This document shows, piece by piece, positions 1 through 26,454 of a DNA stretch of 64,000 nucleotides (the stretch's first letter is position 1; each line of letters starts with the position of its first letter). Made by a program: the position numbers and the translations under genes. The notes under the pieces were generated by a model. That model ran no database searches and had not been told where the DNA came from. It worked only from the letters and a program-made list of their open reading frames with translations. This DNA is from Balanoglossus misakiensis (taxonomy: Eukaryota; Animalia; Hemichordata), in contig CM082579.2 of the NCBI GenBank assembly GCA_040954595.2, positions 8,855,625 to 8,919,624 on the forward strand, written 5' to 3'.

Positions 1-3000
1 TTCAAAAAAATGAAGAAATTTCGATATTTCGCAAAGTCGAAAAATTGTCATTTTTGGATGATTTTCATGAGCTATAACCCATGGTTTTTTAAAAAAAATG
101 AAGAAATTTCGATATTTCGCAAAGTCGAAAAATTGTCATTTTTGGATGATTTTCATGAGCTATAACCCATGGTTTTTTCAAAAAAATGAAGAAATTTCGA
201 TATTTCGCAAAGTCGAAAAATTGTCATTTTTGGAAGATTTTCATGAGCTATAACCCTTGGTTTTTTCAAAAAAATGAAGAAATTTCGATATTTCGCAAAG
301 TCGAAAAATTGTCATTTTTGGATGATTTTCATGAGCTATAACCCATGGTTTTTTAAAAAAAATGAAGAAATTTCGATATTTCGCAAAGTCGAAAAATTGT
401 CATTTTTGGATGATTTTCATGAGCTATAACCCATGGTTTTTTCAAAAGAATGAAGAAATTTCGATATTTCGCAAAGTCTAAAAATTGTCATTTTTGGAGG
501 ATTTTCATGAGCTATAACCCATGGTTTTTTCAAAAAAATGAAGAAATTTCGATATTTCGCAAAGTCGAAAAATTGTCATTTTTGGAGGATTTTCATGAGC
601 TATAACCCTTGGTTTTTTCAAAAAAATGAAGAAATTTCGATATTTCGCAAAGTCGAAAAATTGTCATTTTTGGATGATTTTCATGAGCTATAACCCATGC
701 TTTTTCAAAAAAATGAAGAAATTTCGATATTTCGCAAAGTCGAAAAATTGTCATTTTTGGATGATTTTCATGAGCTATAACCCATGGTTTTTTCAAAAAA
801 ATGAAGAAATTTCGATATTTCGCAAAGTCGAAAAATTGTCATTTTTGGATGATTTTCATGAGCTATAACCCATGGTTTTTTCAAAAAAATGAAGAAATTT
901 CGATATTTCGCAAAGTCGAAAAATTGTCATTTTTGGATGCTTTTCATGAGCTATAACCCATGGTTTTTTCAAAAAAATGAAGAAATTTCGATATTTCGCA
1001 AAGTCGAAAAATTGTCATTTTTGGAAGATTTTCATGAGCTATAACCCTTGGTTTTTTCAAAAAAATGAAGAAATTTCGATATTTCGCAAAGTCGAAAAAT
1101 TGTCATTTTTGGATGATTTTCATGAGCTATAACCCTTGGTTTTTTCAAAAAATGAAGAAATTTCGATATTTCGCAAAGTCGAAAAGTTGTCATTTTTGGA
1201 GGATTTTCATGAGCTATAACCCATGGTTTTTTCAAAAAAATGAAGAAATTTCGATATTTCGCAAAGTCGAAAAATTGTCATTTTTGGATGATTTTCATGA
1301 GCTATAACCCATGGTTTTTTCAAAAAAATGAAGAAATTTCGATATTTCGCAAAGTCGAAAAATTGTCATTTTTGGATGATTTTCATGAGCTATAACCCAT
1401 GGTTTTTTCAAAAAAATGAAGAAATTTCGATATTTCGCAAAGTCGAAAAATTGTCATTTTTGGATGATTTTCATGAGCTATAACCCATGGTTTTTTCAAA
1501 AAAATGAAGAAATTTCGATATTTCGCAAAGTCGAAAAATTGCCATTTTCGGATGATTTTCATGAGCTATAACCCTTGGTTTTTTCAAAAAAATGAAGAAA
1601 TTTCGATATTTCGCAAAGTCGAAAAATTGTCATTTTTGGATGATTTTCATGAGCTATAACCCATGGTTTTTTCAAAAAAATGAAGAAATTTCGATATTTC
1701 GCAAAGTCGAAAAATTGTCATTTTTGGATGATTTTCATGAGCTATAACCCATGGTTTTTTCAAAAAAATGAAGAAATTTCGATATTTCGCAAAGTCGAAA
1801 AATTGCCATTTTCGGATGATTTTCATGAGCTATAACCCATGGTTTTTTCAAAAAAATGAAGAAATTTCGATCTTTCGCAAAGTCGAAAAATTGCCATTTT
1901 TGGATGATTTTCATGAGCTATAACCCATGGTTTTTTCAAAAAAATGAAGAAATTTCGATATTTCGCAAAGTCGAAAAATTGCCATTTTCGGATGATTTTC
2001 ATGAGTTATAACCCATGGTTTTTTCAAAAAAATGAAGAAATTTCGATATTTCGCAAAGTCGAAAAATTGCCATTTTGGGATGATTTTCATGAGCTATAAC
2101 CTATGGTTTTTTAAAAAAAATGAAGAAATTTCGATATTTCGCAAAGTCGAAAAATTGCCATTTTCGGATGATTTTCATGAGTTATAACCCATGTTTTTTT
2201 TTAAAAAATGAAGAAATTTCGATATTTCGCAAAGTCGAAAAATTGCCATTTTTGGATGATTTTCATGAGCTATAACCCATGGTTTTTTCAAAAAAATGAA
2301 GAAATTTCGATATTTCGCAAAGTCGAAAAATTGCCATTTTTGGATGATTTTCATGAGCTATAACCCATGTTTTTTTTCAAAAAAATGAAGAAATTTCGAT
2401 ATTTCGCAAAGTCGAAAAATTGTCATTTTTGGATGATTTTCATGAGCTATAACCCATGGTTTTTTCAAAAAAATGAAGAAATTTCGATATTTCGCAAAGT
2501 CGAAAAATTGTCATTTTTGGATGATTTTCATGAGCTATAACCCATGGTTTTTTCAAAAAAATGAAGAAATTTCGATATTTCGCAAAGTCGAAAAATTGTC
2601 ATTTTTGGATGATTTTCATGAGCTATAACCCATGGTTTTTTCAAAAAAATGAAGAAATTTCGATATTTCGCAAAGTCGAAAAATTGCCATTTTCGGATGA
2701 TTTTCATGAGCTATAACCCATGGTTTTTTCAAAAAAATGAAGAAATTTCGATATTTCGCAAAGTCGAAAAATTGCCATTTTTGGATGATTTTCATGAGCT
2801 ATAACCCATGGTTTTTTCAAAAAAATGAAGAAATTTCGATATTTCGCAAAGTCGAAAAATTGCCATTTTTGGATGATTTTCATGAGCTATAACCCATGGT
2901 TTTTTTAAAAAAATGAAGAAATTTCGATATTTCGCAAAGTCGAAAAATTGCCATTTTTGGATGATTTTCATGAGCTATAACCCATGGTTTTTTCAAAAAA

Positions 3001-6000
3001 ATGAAGAAATTTCGATATTTCGCAAAGTCGAAAAATTGCCATTTTCGGATGATTTTCATGAGTTATAACCCATGGTTTTTTCAAAAAAATGAAGAAATTT
3101 CGATATTTCGCAAAGTCGAAAAATTGCCATTTTTGGATGATTTTCATGAGCTATAACCCATGGTTTTTTAAAAAAAATGAAGAAATTTCGATATTTCGCA
3201 AAGTCGAAAAATTGCCATTTTCGGATGATTTTCATGAGTTATAACCCATGGTTTTTTCAAAAAAATGAAGAAATTTCGATATTTCGCAAAGTCGAAAAAT
3301 TGCCATTTTTGGATGATTTTCATGAGCTATAACCCATGGTTTTTTCAAAAAAATGAAGAAATTTCGATATTTCGCAAAGTCGAAAAATTGTCATTTTTGG
3401 ATGATTTTCATGAGCTATAACCCATGGTTTTTTCAAAAAAATGAAGAAATTTCGATATTTCGCAAAGTCGAAAAATTGTCATTTTTGGATGATTTTCATG
3501 AGCTATAACCCATGGTTTTTTCAAAAAAATGAAGAAATTTCGATATTTCGCAAAGTCGAAAAATTGTCATTTTTGGATGATTTTCATGAGCTATAACCCA
3601 TGGTTTTTTCAAAAAAATGAAGAAATTTCGATATTTCGCAAAGTCGAAAAATTGCCATTTTCGGATGATTTTCATGAGCTATAACCCATGGTTTTTTCAA
3701 AAAAATGAAGAAATTTCGATATTTCGCAAAGTCGAAAAATTGTCATTTTTGGATGATTTTCATGAGCTATAACCCATGCTTTTTCAAAAAAATGAAGAAA
3801 TTTCGATATTTCGCAAAGTCGAAAAATTGTCATTTTTGGATGATTTTCATGAGCTATAACCCATGGTTTTTTCAAAAAAATGAAGAAATTTCGATATTTC
3901 GCAAAGTCGAAAAATTGTCATTTTTGGATGATTTTCATGAGCTATAACCCATGGTTTTTTCAAAAAAATGAAGAAATTTCGATATTTCGCAAAGTCGAAA
4001 AATTGTCATTTTTGGATGATTTTCATGAGCTATAACCCATGGTTTTTTCAAAAAAATGAAGAAATTTCGATATTTCGCAAAGTCGAAAAATTGTCATTTT
4101 TGGATGATTTTCATGAGCTATAACCCATGGTTTTTTCAAAAAAATGAAGAAATTTCGATATTTCGCAAAGTCGAAAAATTGTCATTTTTGGAAGATTTTC
4201 ATGAGCTATAACCCATGGTTTTTTAAAAAAAATGAAGAAATTTCGATATTTCGCAAAGTCGAAAAATTGTCATTTTTGGAGGATTTTCATGAGCTATAAC
4301 CCATGGTTTTTTCAAAAGAATGAAGAAATTTCGATATTTCGCAAAGTCTAAAAATTGTCATTTTTGGAGGATTTTCATGAGCTATAACCCATGGTTTTTT
4401 CAAAAAAATGAAGAAATTTCGATATTTCGCAAAGTCGAAAAATTGTCATTTTTGGAGGATTTTCATGAGCTATAACCCTTGGTTTTTTCAAAAAAATGAA
4501 GAAATTTCGATATTTCGCAAAGTCGAAAAATTGTCATTTTTGGATGATTTTCATGAGCTATAACCCATGCTTTTTCAAAAAAATGAAGAAATTTCGATAT
4601 TTCGCAAAGTCGAAAAATTGTCATTTTTGGATGATTTTCATGAGCTATAACCCATGCTTTTTCAAAAAAATGAAGAAATTTCGATATTTCGCAAAGTCGA
4701 AAAATTGTCATTTTTGGATGATTTTCATGAGCTATAACGCATGGTTTTTTAAAAAAAATGAAGAAATTTCGATATTTCGCAAAGTCGAAAAATTGTCATT
4801 TTTGGATGATTTTCATGAGCTATAACCCATGGTTTTTTTCAAAAAAATGAAGAAATTTCGATATTTCGCAAAGTCGAAAAATTGTCATTTTTGGATGCTT
4901 TTCATGAGCTATAACCCATGGTTTTTTCAAAAAAATGAAGAAATTTCGATATTTCGCAAAGTCGAAAAATTGTCATTTTTGGAAGATTTTCATGAGCTAT
5001 AACCCTTGGTTTTTTCAAAAAAATGAAGAAATTTCGATATTTCGCAAAGTCGAAAAATTGTCATTTTTGGATGATTTTCATGAGCTATAACCCATGGTTT
5101 TTTCAAAAAAATGAAGAAATTTCGATATTTCGCAAAGTCGAAAAGTTGTCATTCTTGGAGGATTTTCATGAGCTATAACCCATGGTTTTTTCAAAAAAAT
5201 TAAGAAATTTCGATATTTCGCAAAGTCGAAAAGTTGTCATTTTTGGATGATTTTCATGAGCTATAACCCATGGTTTTTTCAAAAAAATGAAGAAATTTCG
5301 ATATTTCGCAAAGTCGAAAAATTGTCATTTTTGGATGATTTTCATGAGCTATAACCCATGGTTTTTTCAAAAAAATGAAGAAATTTCGATATTTCGCAAA
5401 GTCGAAAAATTGTCATTTTTGGATGATTTTCATGAGCTATAACCCATGGTTTTTTTCAAAAAAATGAAGAAATTTCGATATTTCGCAAAGTCGAAAAATT
5501 GCCATTTTCGGATGATTTTCATGAGCTATAACCCATGGTTTTTTCAAAAAAATGAAGAAATTTCGATATTTCGCAAAGTCGAAAAATTGCCATTTTTGGA
5601 TGATTTTCATGAGCTATAACCTATGGTTTTTTCAAAAAAATGAAGAAATTTCGATATTTCGCAAAGTCGAAAAATTGCCATTTTTGGATGCTTTTCATGA
5701 GCTATAACCCATGGTTTTTTCAAAAAAATGAAGAAATTTCGATATTTCGCAAAGTCGAAAAATTGCCATTTTTGGATGATTTTCATGAGCTATAACCCAT
5801 GGTTTTTTCAAAAAAATGAAGAAATTTCGATATTTCGCAAAGTCGAAAAATTGTCATTTTTGGATGATTTTCATGAGCTATAACCCATGGTTTTTTCAAA
5901 AAAATGAAGAAATTTCGATATTTCGCAAAGTCGAAAAATTGTCATTTTTGGATGATTTTCATGAGCTATAACCCATGGTTTTTTCAAAAAAATGAAGAAA

Positions 6001-9000
6001 TTTCGATATTTCGCAAAGTCGAAAAATTGTCATTTTTGGAAGATTTTCATGAGCTATAACCCTTGGTTTTTTCAAAAAAATGAAGAAATTTCGATATTTC
6101 GCAAAGTCGAAAAATTGTCATTTTTGGATGATTTTCATGAGCTATAACCCATGGTTTTTTCAAAAAAATGAAGAAATTTCGATATTTCGCAAAGTCGAAA
6201 AGTTGTCATTCTTGGAGGATTTTCATGAGCTATAACCCATGGTTTTTTCAAAAAAATTAAGAAATTTCGATATTTCGCAAAGTCGAAAAGTTGTCATTTT
6301 TGGATGATTTTCATGAGCTATAACCCATGGTTTTTTCAAAAAAATGAAGAAATTTCGATATTTCGCAAAGTCGAAAAATTGTCATTTTTGGATGATTTTC
6401 ATGAGCTATAACCCATGGTTTTTTCAAAAAAATGAAGAAATTTCGATATTTCGCAAAGTCGAAAAATTGTCATTTTTGGATGATTTTCATGAGCTATAAC
6501 CCATGGTTTTTTTCAAAAAAATGAAGAAATTTCGATATTTCGCAAAGTCGAAAAATTGCCATTTTCGGATGATTTTCATGAGCTATAACCCATGGTTTTT
6601 TCAAAAAAATGAAGAAATTTCGATATTTCGCAAAGTCGAAAAATTGCCATTTTTGGATGATTTTCATGAGCTATAACCTATGGTTTTTTCAAAAAAATGA
6701 AGAAATTTCGATATTTCGCAAAGTCGAAAAATTGCCATTTTTGGATGCTTTTCATGAGCTATAACCCATGGTTTTTTCAAAAAAATGAAGAAATTTCGAT
6801 ATTTCGCAAAGTCGAAAAATTGCCATTTTTGGATGATTTTCATGAGCTATAACCCATGGTTTTTTCAAAAAAATGAAGAAATTTCGATATTTCGCAAAGT
6901 CGAAAAATTGTCATTTTTGGATGATTTTCATGAGCTATAACCTATGGTTTTTTCAAAAAAATGAAGAAATTTCGATATTTCGCAAAGTCGAAAAATTGTC
7001 ATTTTTGGATGATTTTCATGAGCTATAACCCATGGTTTTTTCAAAAAAATGAAGAAATTTCGATATTTCGCAAAGTCGAAAAATTGTCATTTTTGGATGA
7101 TTTTCATGAGCTATAACCCATGGTTTTTTCAAAAAAATGAAGAAATTTCGATATTTCGCAAAGTCGAAAAATTGTCATTTTTGGATGATTTTCATGAGCT
7201 ATAACCCATGGTTTTTTCAAAAAAATGAAGAAATTTCGATATTTCGCAAAGTCGAAAAATTGTCATTTTTGGATGATTTTCATGAGCTATAACCCATGGT
7301 TTTTTCAAAAAAATGAAGAAATTTCGATATTTCGCAAAGTCGAAAAATTGCCATTTTTGGATGATTTTCATGAGCTATAACCCATGTTTTTTTCAAAAAA
7401 ATGAAGAAATTTCGATATTTCGCAAAGTCGAAAAATTGTCATTTTTGGATGATTTTCATGAGCTATAACCCTTGGTTTTTTCAAAAAAATGAAGAAATTT
7501 CGATATTTCGCAAAGTCGAAAAATTGTCATTTTTGGATGATTTTCATGAGCTATAACCCATGCTTTTTCAAAAAAATGAAGAAATTTCGATATTTCGCAA
7601 AGTCGAAAAATTGTCATTTTTGGATGATTTTCATGAGCTATAACCCATGGTTTTTTCAAAAAAATGAAGAAATTTCGATATTTCGCAAAGTCGAAAAATT
7701 GTCATTTTTGGATGATTTTCATGAGCTATAACCCATGGTTTTTTCAAAAAAATGAAGAAATTTCGATATTTCGCAAAGTCGAAAAATTGTCATTTTTGGA
7801 TGATTTTCATGAGCTATAACCCATGGTTTTTTCAAAAAAATGAAGAAATTTCGATATTTCGCAAAGTCGAAAAGTTGTCATTCTTGGAGGATTTTCATGA
7901 GCTATAACCCATGGTTTTTTCAAAAAAATTAAGAAATTTCGATATTTCGCAAAGTCGAAAAGTTGTCATTTTTGGATGATTTTCATGAGCTATAACCCAT
8001 GGTTTTTTCAAAAAAATGAAGAAATTTCGATATTTCGCAAAGTCGAAAAATTGTCATTTTTGGATGATTTTCATGAGCTATAACCCATGGTTTTTTCAAA
8101 AAAATGAAGAAATTTCGATATTTCGCAAAGTCGAAAAATTGTCATTTTTGGATGATTTTCATGAGCTATAACCCATGGTTTTTTTCAAAAAAATGAAGAA
8201 ATTTCGATATTTCGCAAAGTCGAAAAATTGCCATTTTCGGATGATTTTCATGAGCTATAACCCATGGTTTTTTCAAAAAAATGAAGAAATTTCGATATTT
8301 CGCAAAGTCGAAAAATTGCCATTTTTGGATGATTTTCATGAGCTATAACCTATGGTTTTTTCAAAAAAATGAAGAAATTTCGATATTTCGCAAAGTCGAA
8401 AAATTGCCATTTTTGGATGCTTTTCATGAGCTATAACCCATGGTTTTTTCAAAAAAATGAAGAAATTTCGATATTTCGCAAAGTCGAAAAATTGCCATTT
8501 TTGGATGATTTTCATGAGCTATAACCCATGGTTTTTTCAAAAAAATGAAGAAATTTCGATATTTCGCAAAGTCGAAAAATTGTCATTTTTGGATGATTTT
8601 CATGAGCTATAACCCATGGTTTTTTCAAAAAAATGAAGAAATTTCGATATTTCGCAAAGTCGAAAAATTGTCATTTTTGGATGATTTTCATGAGCTATAA
8701 CCCATGGTTTTTTCAAAAAAATGAAGAAATTTCGATATTTCGCAAAGTCGAAAAATTGTCATTTTTGGATGATTTTCATGAGCTATAACCCATGGTTTTT
8801 TCAAAAAAATGAAGAAATTTCGATATTTCGCAAAGTCGAAAAATTGTCATTTTTGGATGATTTTCATGAGCTATAACCCATGGTTTTTTCAAAAAAATGA
8901 AGAAATTTCGATATTTCGCAAAGTCGAAAAATTGTCATTTTTGGATGATTTTCATGAGCTATAACCCATGGTTTTTTCAAAAAAATGAAGAAATTTCGAT

Positions 9001-10009
9001 ATTTCGCAAAGTCGAAAAATTGCCATTTTTGGATGATTTTCATGAGCTATAACCCATGTTTTTTTCAAAAAAATGAAGAAATTTCGATATTTCGCAAAGT
9101 CGAAAAATTGTCATTTTTGGATGATTTTCATGAGCTATAACCCTTGGTTTTTTCAAAAAAATGAAGAAATTTCGATATTTCGCAAAGTCGAAAAATTGTC
9201 ATTTTTGGATGATTTTCATGAGCTATAACCCATGCTTTTTCAAAAAAATGAAGAAATTTCGATATTTCGCAAAGTCGAAAAATTGTCATTTTTGGATGAT
9301 TTTCATGAGCTATAACCCATGGTTTTTTCAAAAAAATGAAGAAATTTCGATATTTCGCAAAGTCGAAAAATTGTCATTTTTGGATGATTTTCATGAGCTA
9401 TAACCCATGGTTTTTTCAAAAAAATGAAGAAATTTCGATATTTCGCAAAGTCGAAAAATTGTCATTTTTGGATGATTTTCATGAGCTATAACCCATGGTT
9501 TTTTCAAAAAATGAAGAAATTTCGATATTTCGCAAAGTCGAAAAATTGTCATTTTTGGATGATTTTCATGAGCTATAACCCATGGTTTTTTCAAAAAAAT
9601 GAAGAAATTTCGATATTTCGCAAAGTCGAAAAATTGTCATTTTTGGATGATTTTCATGAGCTATAACCCATGCTTTTTCAAAAAAATGAAGAAATTTCGA
9701 TATTTCGCAAAGTCGAAAAATTGTCATTTTTGGATGATTTTCATGAGCTATAACCCATGGTTTTTTCAAAAAAATGAAGCAATTTCGATATTTCGCAAAG
9801 TCGAAAAATTGTCATTTTTGGATGATTTTCATGAGCTATAACCCTTGGTTTTTTCAAAAAAATGAAGAAATTTCGATATTTCGCAAAGTCGAAAAGTTGT
9901 CATTTTTGGATGATTTTCATGAGCTATAAACCATGGTTTTTTCAAAAAAATGAAGAAATTTCGATATTTCGCAAAGTCGAAAAAATGTCATTTTTGGATG
10001 ATTTTCATG
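1..10009. repeat. 88-bp AT-rich satellite array, ~114 head-to-tail copies, truncated by the window's left edge
   Basis: Consensus TTCAAAAAAATGAAGAAATTTCGATATTTCGCAAAGTCGAAAAATTGTCATTTTTGGATGATTTTCATGAGCTATAACCCATGGTTTT (25/88 G+C) repeats continuously with only point variants and 1-bp homopolymer indels. It ends abruptly at ...ATTTTCATG (10009). Confidence 0.99.
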
Positions 10010-10051
10010 TAAATCCAGCTAACCTAAGTGGCACTTACCAGCATTGCCGGG

Positions 10052-22632
<12,581 letters not shown>

Positions 22633-22822
22633 CGTAACGGAAACCGATCAAGGATAACCTTCACTTGGAACTTAAAAAGACAAAAGCGTCGACTACGCCT
22701 TCAAGCAAACGGCATAGCTGGTTCCGGCGTCGACGACTGGTACTCGAAACGTCTTGCGAGGCTTCTTTTAGAAGTGAGCAAACACAATTGTTATGCAAAG
22801 TACCACATCACGTCACTTGCCG

Positions 22823-22847
22823 GGGAGTTTCCAGTCATATATTTATA
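22823..22847 (-). promoter_or_regulatory. Candidate TATA box and adjacent kappaB-consensus site upstream of gene A
   Basis: Minus-strand TATAAATA at 22840-22847, ~210 bp upstream of the gene A ATG. GGGAGTTTCC at 22823-22832 fits GGGRNNYYCC. Motif matches only. Confidence 0.3.
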
Positions 22848-23707
22848 AGTTTACCGACGTGTCGTACATGACACCTGTTGATCGATGGCGCGGTGAACGC
22901 TAAACTGCTTATCGTAATAAAACAAATAATATGGCGACAGACAAATAGAACATGTACATGTAAATTCAGGTCAATCTGTGCAAAGGCTATAATTTACAAC
23001 AATAGGCTAAAGCACCAAAAAACTCAGTGTCGAACGAGAACGTCCCACGCGAACATACACCCGAACAATAGGATCGTATTTCTTCAAAACAATGTGAAAT
23101 TTCTTTGCGCCAACTGCAATGGTGAAGATCGTCGAGACTCACTATAAGCTTATTAAGGGCTTGTTTGTACCGTACTAAAATGCAGTCTTACAGAATAATA
23201 TTTAATATATGGACATATTTATTGATTTTATGGTAGGTGTTGAAATACTAGCTTACCATAAATGAGGTTCAATTATTACATTCCTGCACTACTCTCCTAT
23301 TAATGCTATTTGCTTGTAATCCATTGAAATAAGTATCACACATTTTCTAAGCTAGACCTGTCTTGATTGGGCCTACAACAGATTGTTCAGAACATGTCTG
23401 ATTCCTTGTACGTGCGATAAAGTTCGGTAGAATTTAACCTTTGAACCCGGATGTTTCTGCCAAGAACCAAGCACTATAATACCAGTCGCTTGCTATAAAA
23501 GTAAAAGAATGTGGACCAAGCAAACAACCATAAGATAAAGTAGGGCATTATTGATCAAAAATACATATCAGCATAGAGCTTGTGTTGCCTGGTCACGAAC
23601 GGAATGAATATCTTTTACAGAACCGATCTGAAATTAGACTGCCGTGTACCAGCTATGGCAATTTTATGTGCACGCGCAGTTCCTTTGACGAGCCGCGCCC
23701 ATTAAAA

Positions 23708-23788
23708 ATGGGCCATCCCGAGCAAAAAGGGGTCTTATGGTCATAAGTATCGCGCTCCCATAACCCCTTTCTGCTTGGGATGGCCCAT
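23708..23788. mobile_element. Short imperfect palindrome (MITE-like remnant)
   Basis: Left arm ATGGGCCATCCCGAGCAAAAAGGGGTCTTATGG pairs with right arm CCATAACCCCTTTCTGCTTGGGATGGCCCAT (~31 bp, 2 mismatches and a 2-nt bulge). Confidence 0.6.
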
Positions 23789-24299
23789 ATTGTGTGCACA
23801 GCAAGAGTTCTCATTACAAATCAGACTACATATGTCTGTCTGTCTGTCTGCCTGCCTGCCAGTTTGTCAGTCTGTCCCGCTCGCTCCAGGTCTCCGAGTG
23901 GGAGTGATCACCCTCAGATCATAGCAATTTAATGTTATGTAGGTTAGGTTTGCTATTGTTTTGTGACCAGGTGATGTATTTTTCGTTTACTTTCGTAATT
24001 TGAATATTTGCGTGACCAGGTGTGATGCATTCATTATTTTTCCTCATATAAAAGCCCGCAATTTGTGTTGACCGTCTTTGTTGCGTGCTGCGCTGGTTGG
24101 TTCACCAAAGCGAGCCATTCAGTAAGTATATCTGCTCACTGTCCTGTTTCGGAACCGAACGGCCAGCGTGCCGTAACATAATACACTATTATTACAGCAT
24201 ATTGCTATTGGTATAGGATATATACTTTTTCCGGATATCAACGGGTTCACATGATATTGATGAGGAGTATCTATCAACTGCAACAAGCAGTCTCCCAAT

Positions 24300-25787
24300 T
24301 CAGCTGGATACTTTTAAAACATACATGCTTTGTATTATAACATCTCTCAAGATTGATATTCAGTTCAATTTTTAAAGTTAAAATTGTAAAAAGTGACACG
24401 GTTCACCCAGTACGAAATCCAGTTTACACTGTAATTGGTTTCATCCTTTATTTCGAAATAAGAGAAAGCTATTTATATTGCAAAATGTTGCTGGCAAACA
24501 CGGTGACTACAAAGTAAAGAAACAAATGTGTTGCAGAAAAAAATGGCTTTATAATTTCTAAACAGACAAAAGGCATGAAAATACACAAGGGAATACAATA
24601 CACCCTGGAAACATTAAATGATTCGAAAATGTGTTTTTAAAATAACTCAGATACGACTATTATATCCGGCCTTTCGCCAGCCTGTGTGTGTGTGTTTGTC
24701 TCACTCCAGCTCTCTATTGAATGGTCACTTTAATAGTCATAGATTACTAATACAGAGGTATTGGTATAGGAGGATCTAAGGGCTCTCATATTGAAGCATG
24801 ATATCTCTTAACATCAGCAAGCACTAGGTCAATTTACTTGAGTTCCTATGGAGAGTAAACAATACAAAAATTCAGACGCCCTTTCAACTTTCAACGACCT
24901 CTAATTTGCTAATCTTAAGTCAGCATTTCCCACACACACGTTAGCCAATTCCCAACTCTCAAAGTTGCATCTGACAACTTTCCGAAAATTCGAGTATATT
25001 CTACATTATCTCATTTGTCAAGATGAAGGGGATGGCGCTGTATATTGAATGGTTGCCCAATATGATTTTGGTACAGGGTTATCGGCAAGAGTTTTTCGAA
25101 AAATCTAAGGGCTCACAAATTGACCTAACATTTCTTAACGGCAACAAGCACCCTGTCAAAATATTATTTTTTTTTAAAACACACATATTTGCATTATAAC
25201 ATCTCTAAAGATAGACATTTATTTCTCATTGATTTTAACTACAATAACCAATTGTTACACACAATTAAATTTACTCTGCAATAGGTTTCTGAATATAGGT
25301 ATACAAGAAAGACATTTGCGGTGCCTACGCAGTAAAGATACAAATGTTTTGCACTTTTAATTGCTTTATAATTTATGGACGGACGTACGCATACAGAGAT
25401 GAATTCAATGGAATAAAGGAAAGTAACAAACGTAGTTTGTATTGAAACATCTCAAAAGATAGACATTTATTTCTCGTTTCTTTTAACTACAATTGAGTTG
25501 TGACACCTCACACCAGTCCAAAATTAAATTTACTCTGCAATCGTTTGTTTTGCATATGGAAATACAAGAATGCGATCTATTGCAAATGTGCTCGCAAATG
25601 CGGTGACTACAAAAAAAGTACGAACGTGTTGCTCGTTAAATTGCTATATTATTTATAGACAGACAGAGAGATGGACATACGCATTTACATGTAGGCATGG
25701 ATTCAGTAGAAAAAAACGATCATTACACACTATTGGTAATTTAATTTCAAATTGTTTTTAAAATGTTGAGACTTTCACTTTTGTTTT

Positions 25788-25858
<71 letters not shown>

Positions 25859-25970
25859 TTCCATCTGTCTGTTAAACGTAAAGTAAAGATACCCTCTGAA
25901 CGCGAAAACGTAGGGGGATTTATTTGAAATCTTTTAATTCGAATATGTTCTACATTATCTCATTTGTCTT
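24300..25970. repeat. Degenerate local segmental repeats upstream of the subtilase
   Basis: Recurring blocks: CATCTCT/AAAAGATAGACATTTATTTCTC (~25200, ~25448), AATTAAATTTACTCTGCAAT (~25263, ~25522), CGGTG(A/C)CTAC..GTAAAGA..CAAATG-like (~24500, ~25319, ~25601), TTCTACATTATCTCATTTGTC (~24999, ~25948), TCTAAGGGCTC (~24775, ~25104). Confidence 0.65.
25788..25858. repeat. (TCTG)n microsatellite
   Basis: About 17 perfect units. Confidence 0.97.
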
Positions 25971-26454
25971 TGAAGATGGACGGGATTTTGCGGTATTGTC
26001 TCCAGGATAGTTTTTCACACAAAAAAATGAATTAGAACATGTGTGTGGAAGGTAAGCATATCAATGTATAATTGAATATTTGATATGCATAAATTAAAAA
26101 TATGGGGGAGTGTCTTGTGGGCAAAACGAGGCTATCAACGCATTGATAAGTCAATATATTGAGGCTGAAGTAACACAAGTTCGTACATCGACAGCGACCA
26201 ACTTCAGTGGTTCGACTGGCATCATTGGTGTGATAAAAAGCAGCAAAAGGGTAAGTTATTTACTTGTGGCTTATAGACAGTTATAATTGCATACATGCAT
26301 AGTTGAAACGCGGTGCGCATCAGTTTCAGGAAAAGTGACAATAATGCACAAATTGTACATTAATTTGTACTCCATACTTTTAGTTTTTGTCCGTTTGGTT
26401 CATTCTGTCGGTTTACCTTCGCACCGTTTTCACAGCATCATATTCCAGGCAATA

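Noticed and set aside
19-45. CENP-B box in the monomer (TTCG motifs)
   Set aside because: TTCG is present but the required downstream A-NN-CGGG is absent on both strands.
1-10009. CRISPR array or telomeric repeat
   Set aside because: There are no unique spacers, the whole 88 bp repeats, no cas genes are present, the context is eukaryotic, and there is no short G-rich telomeric unit.
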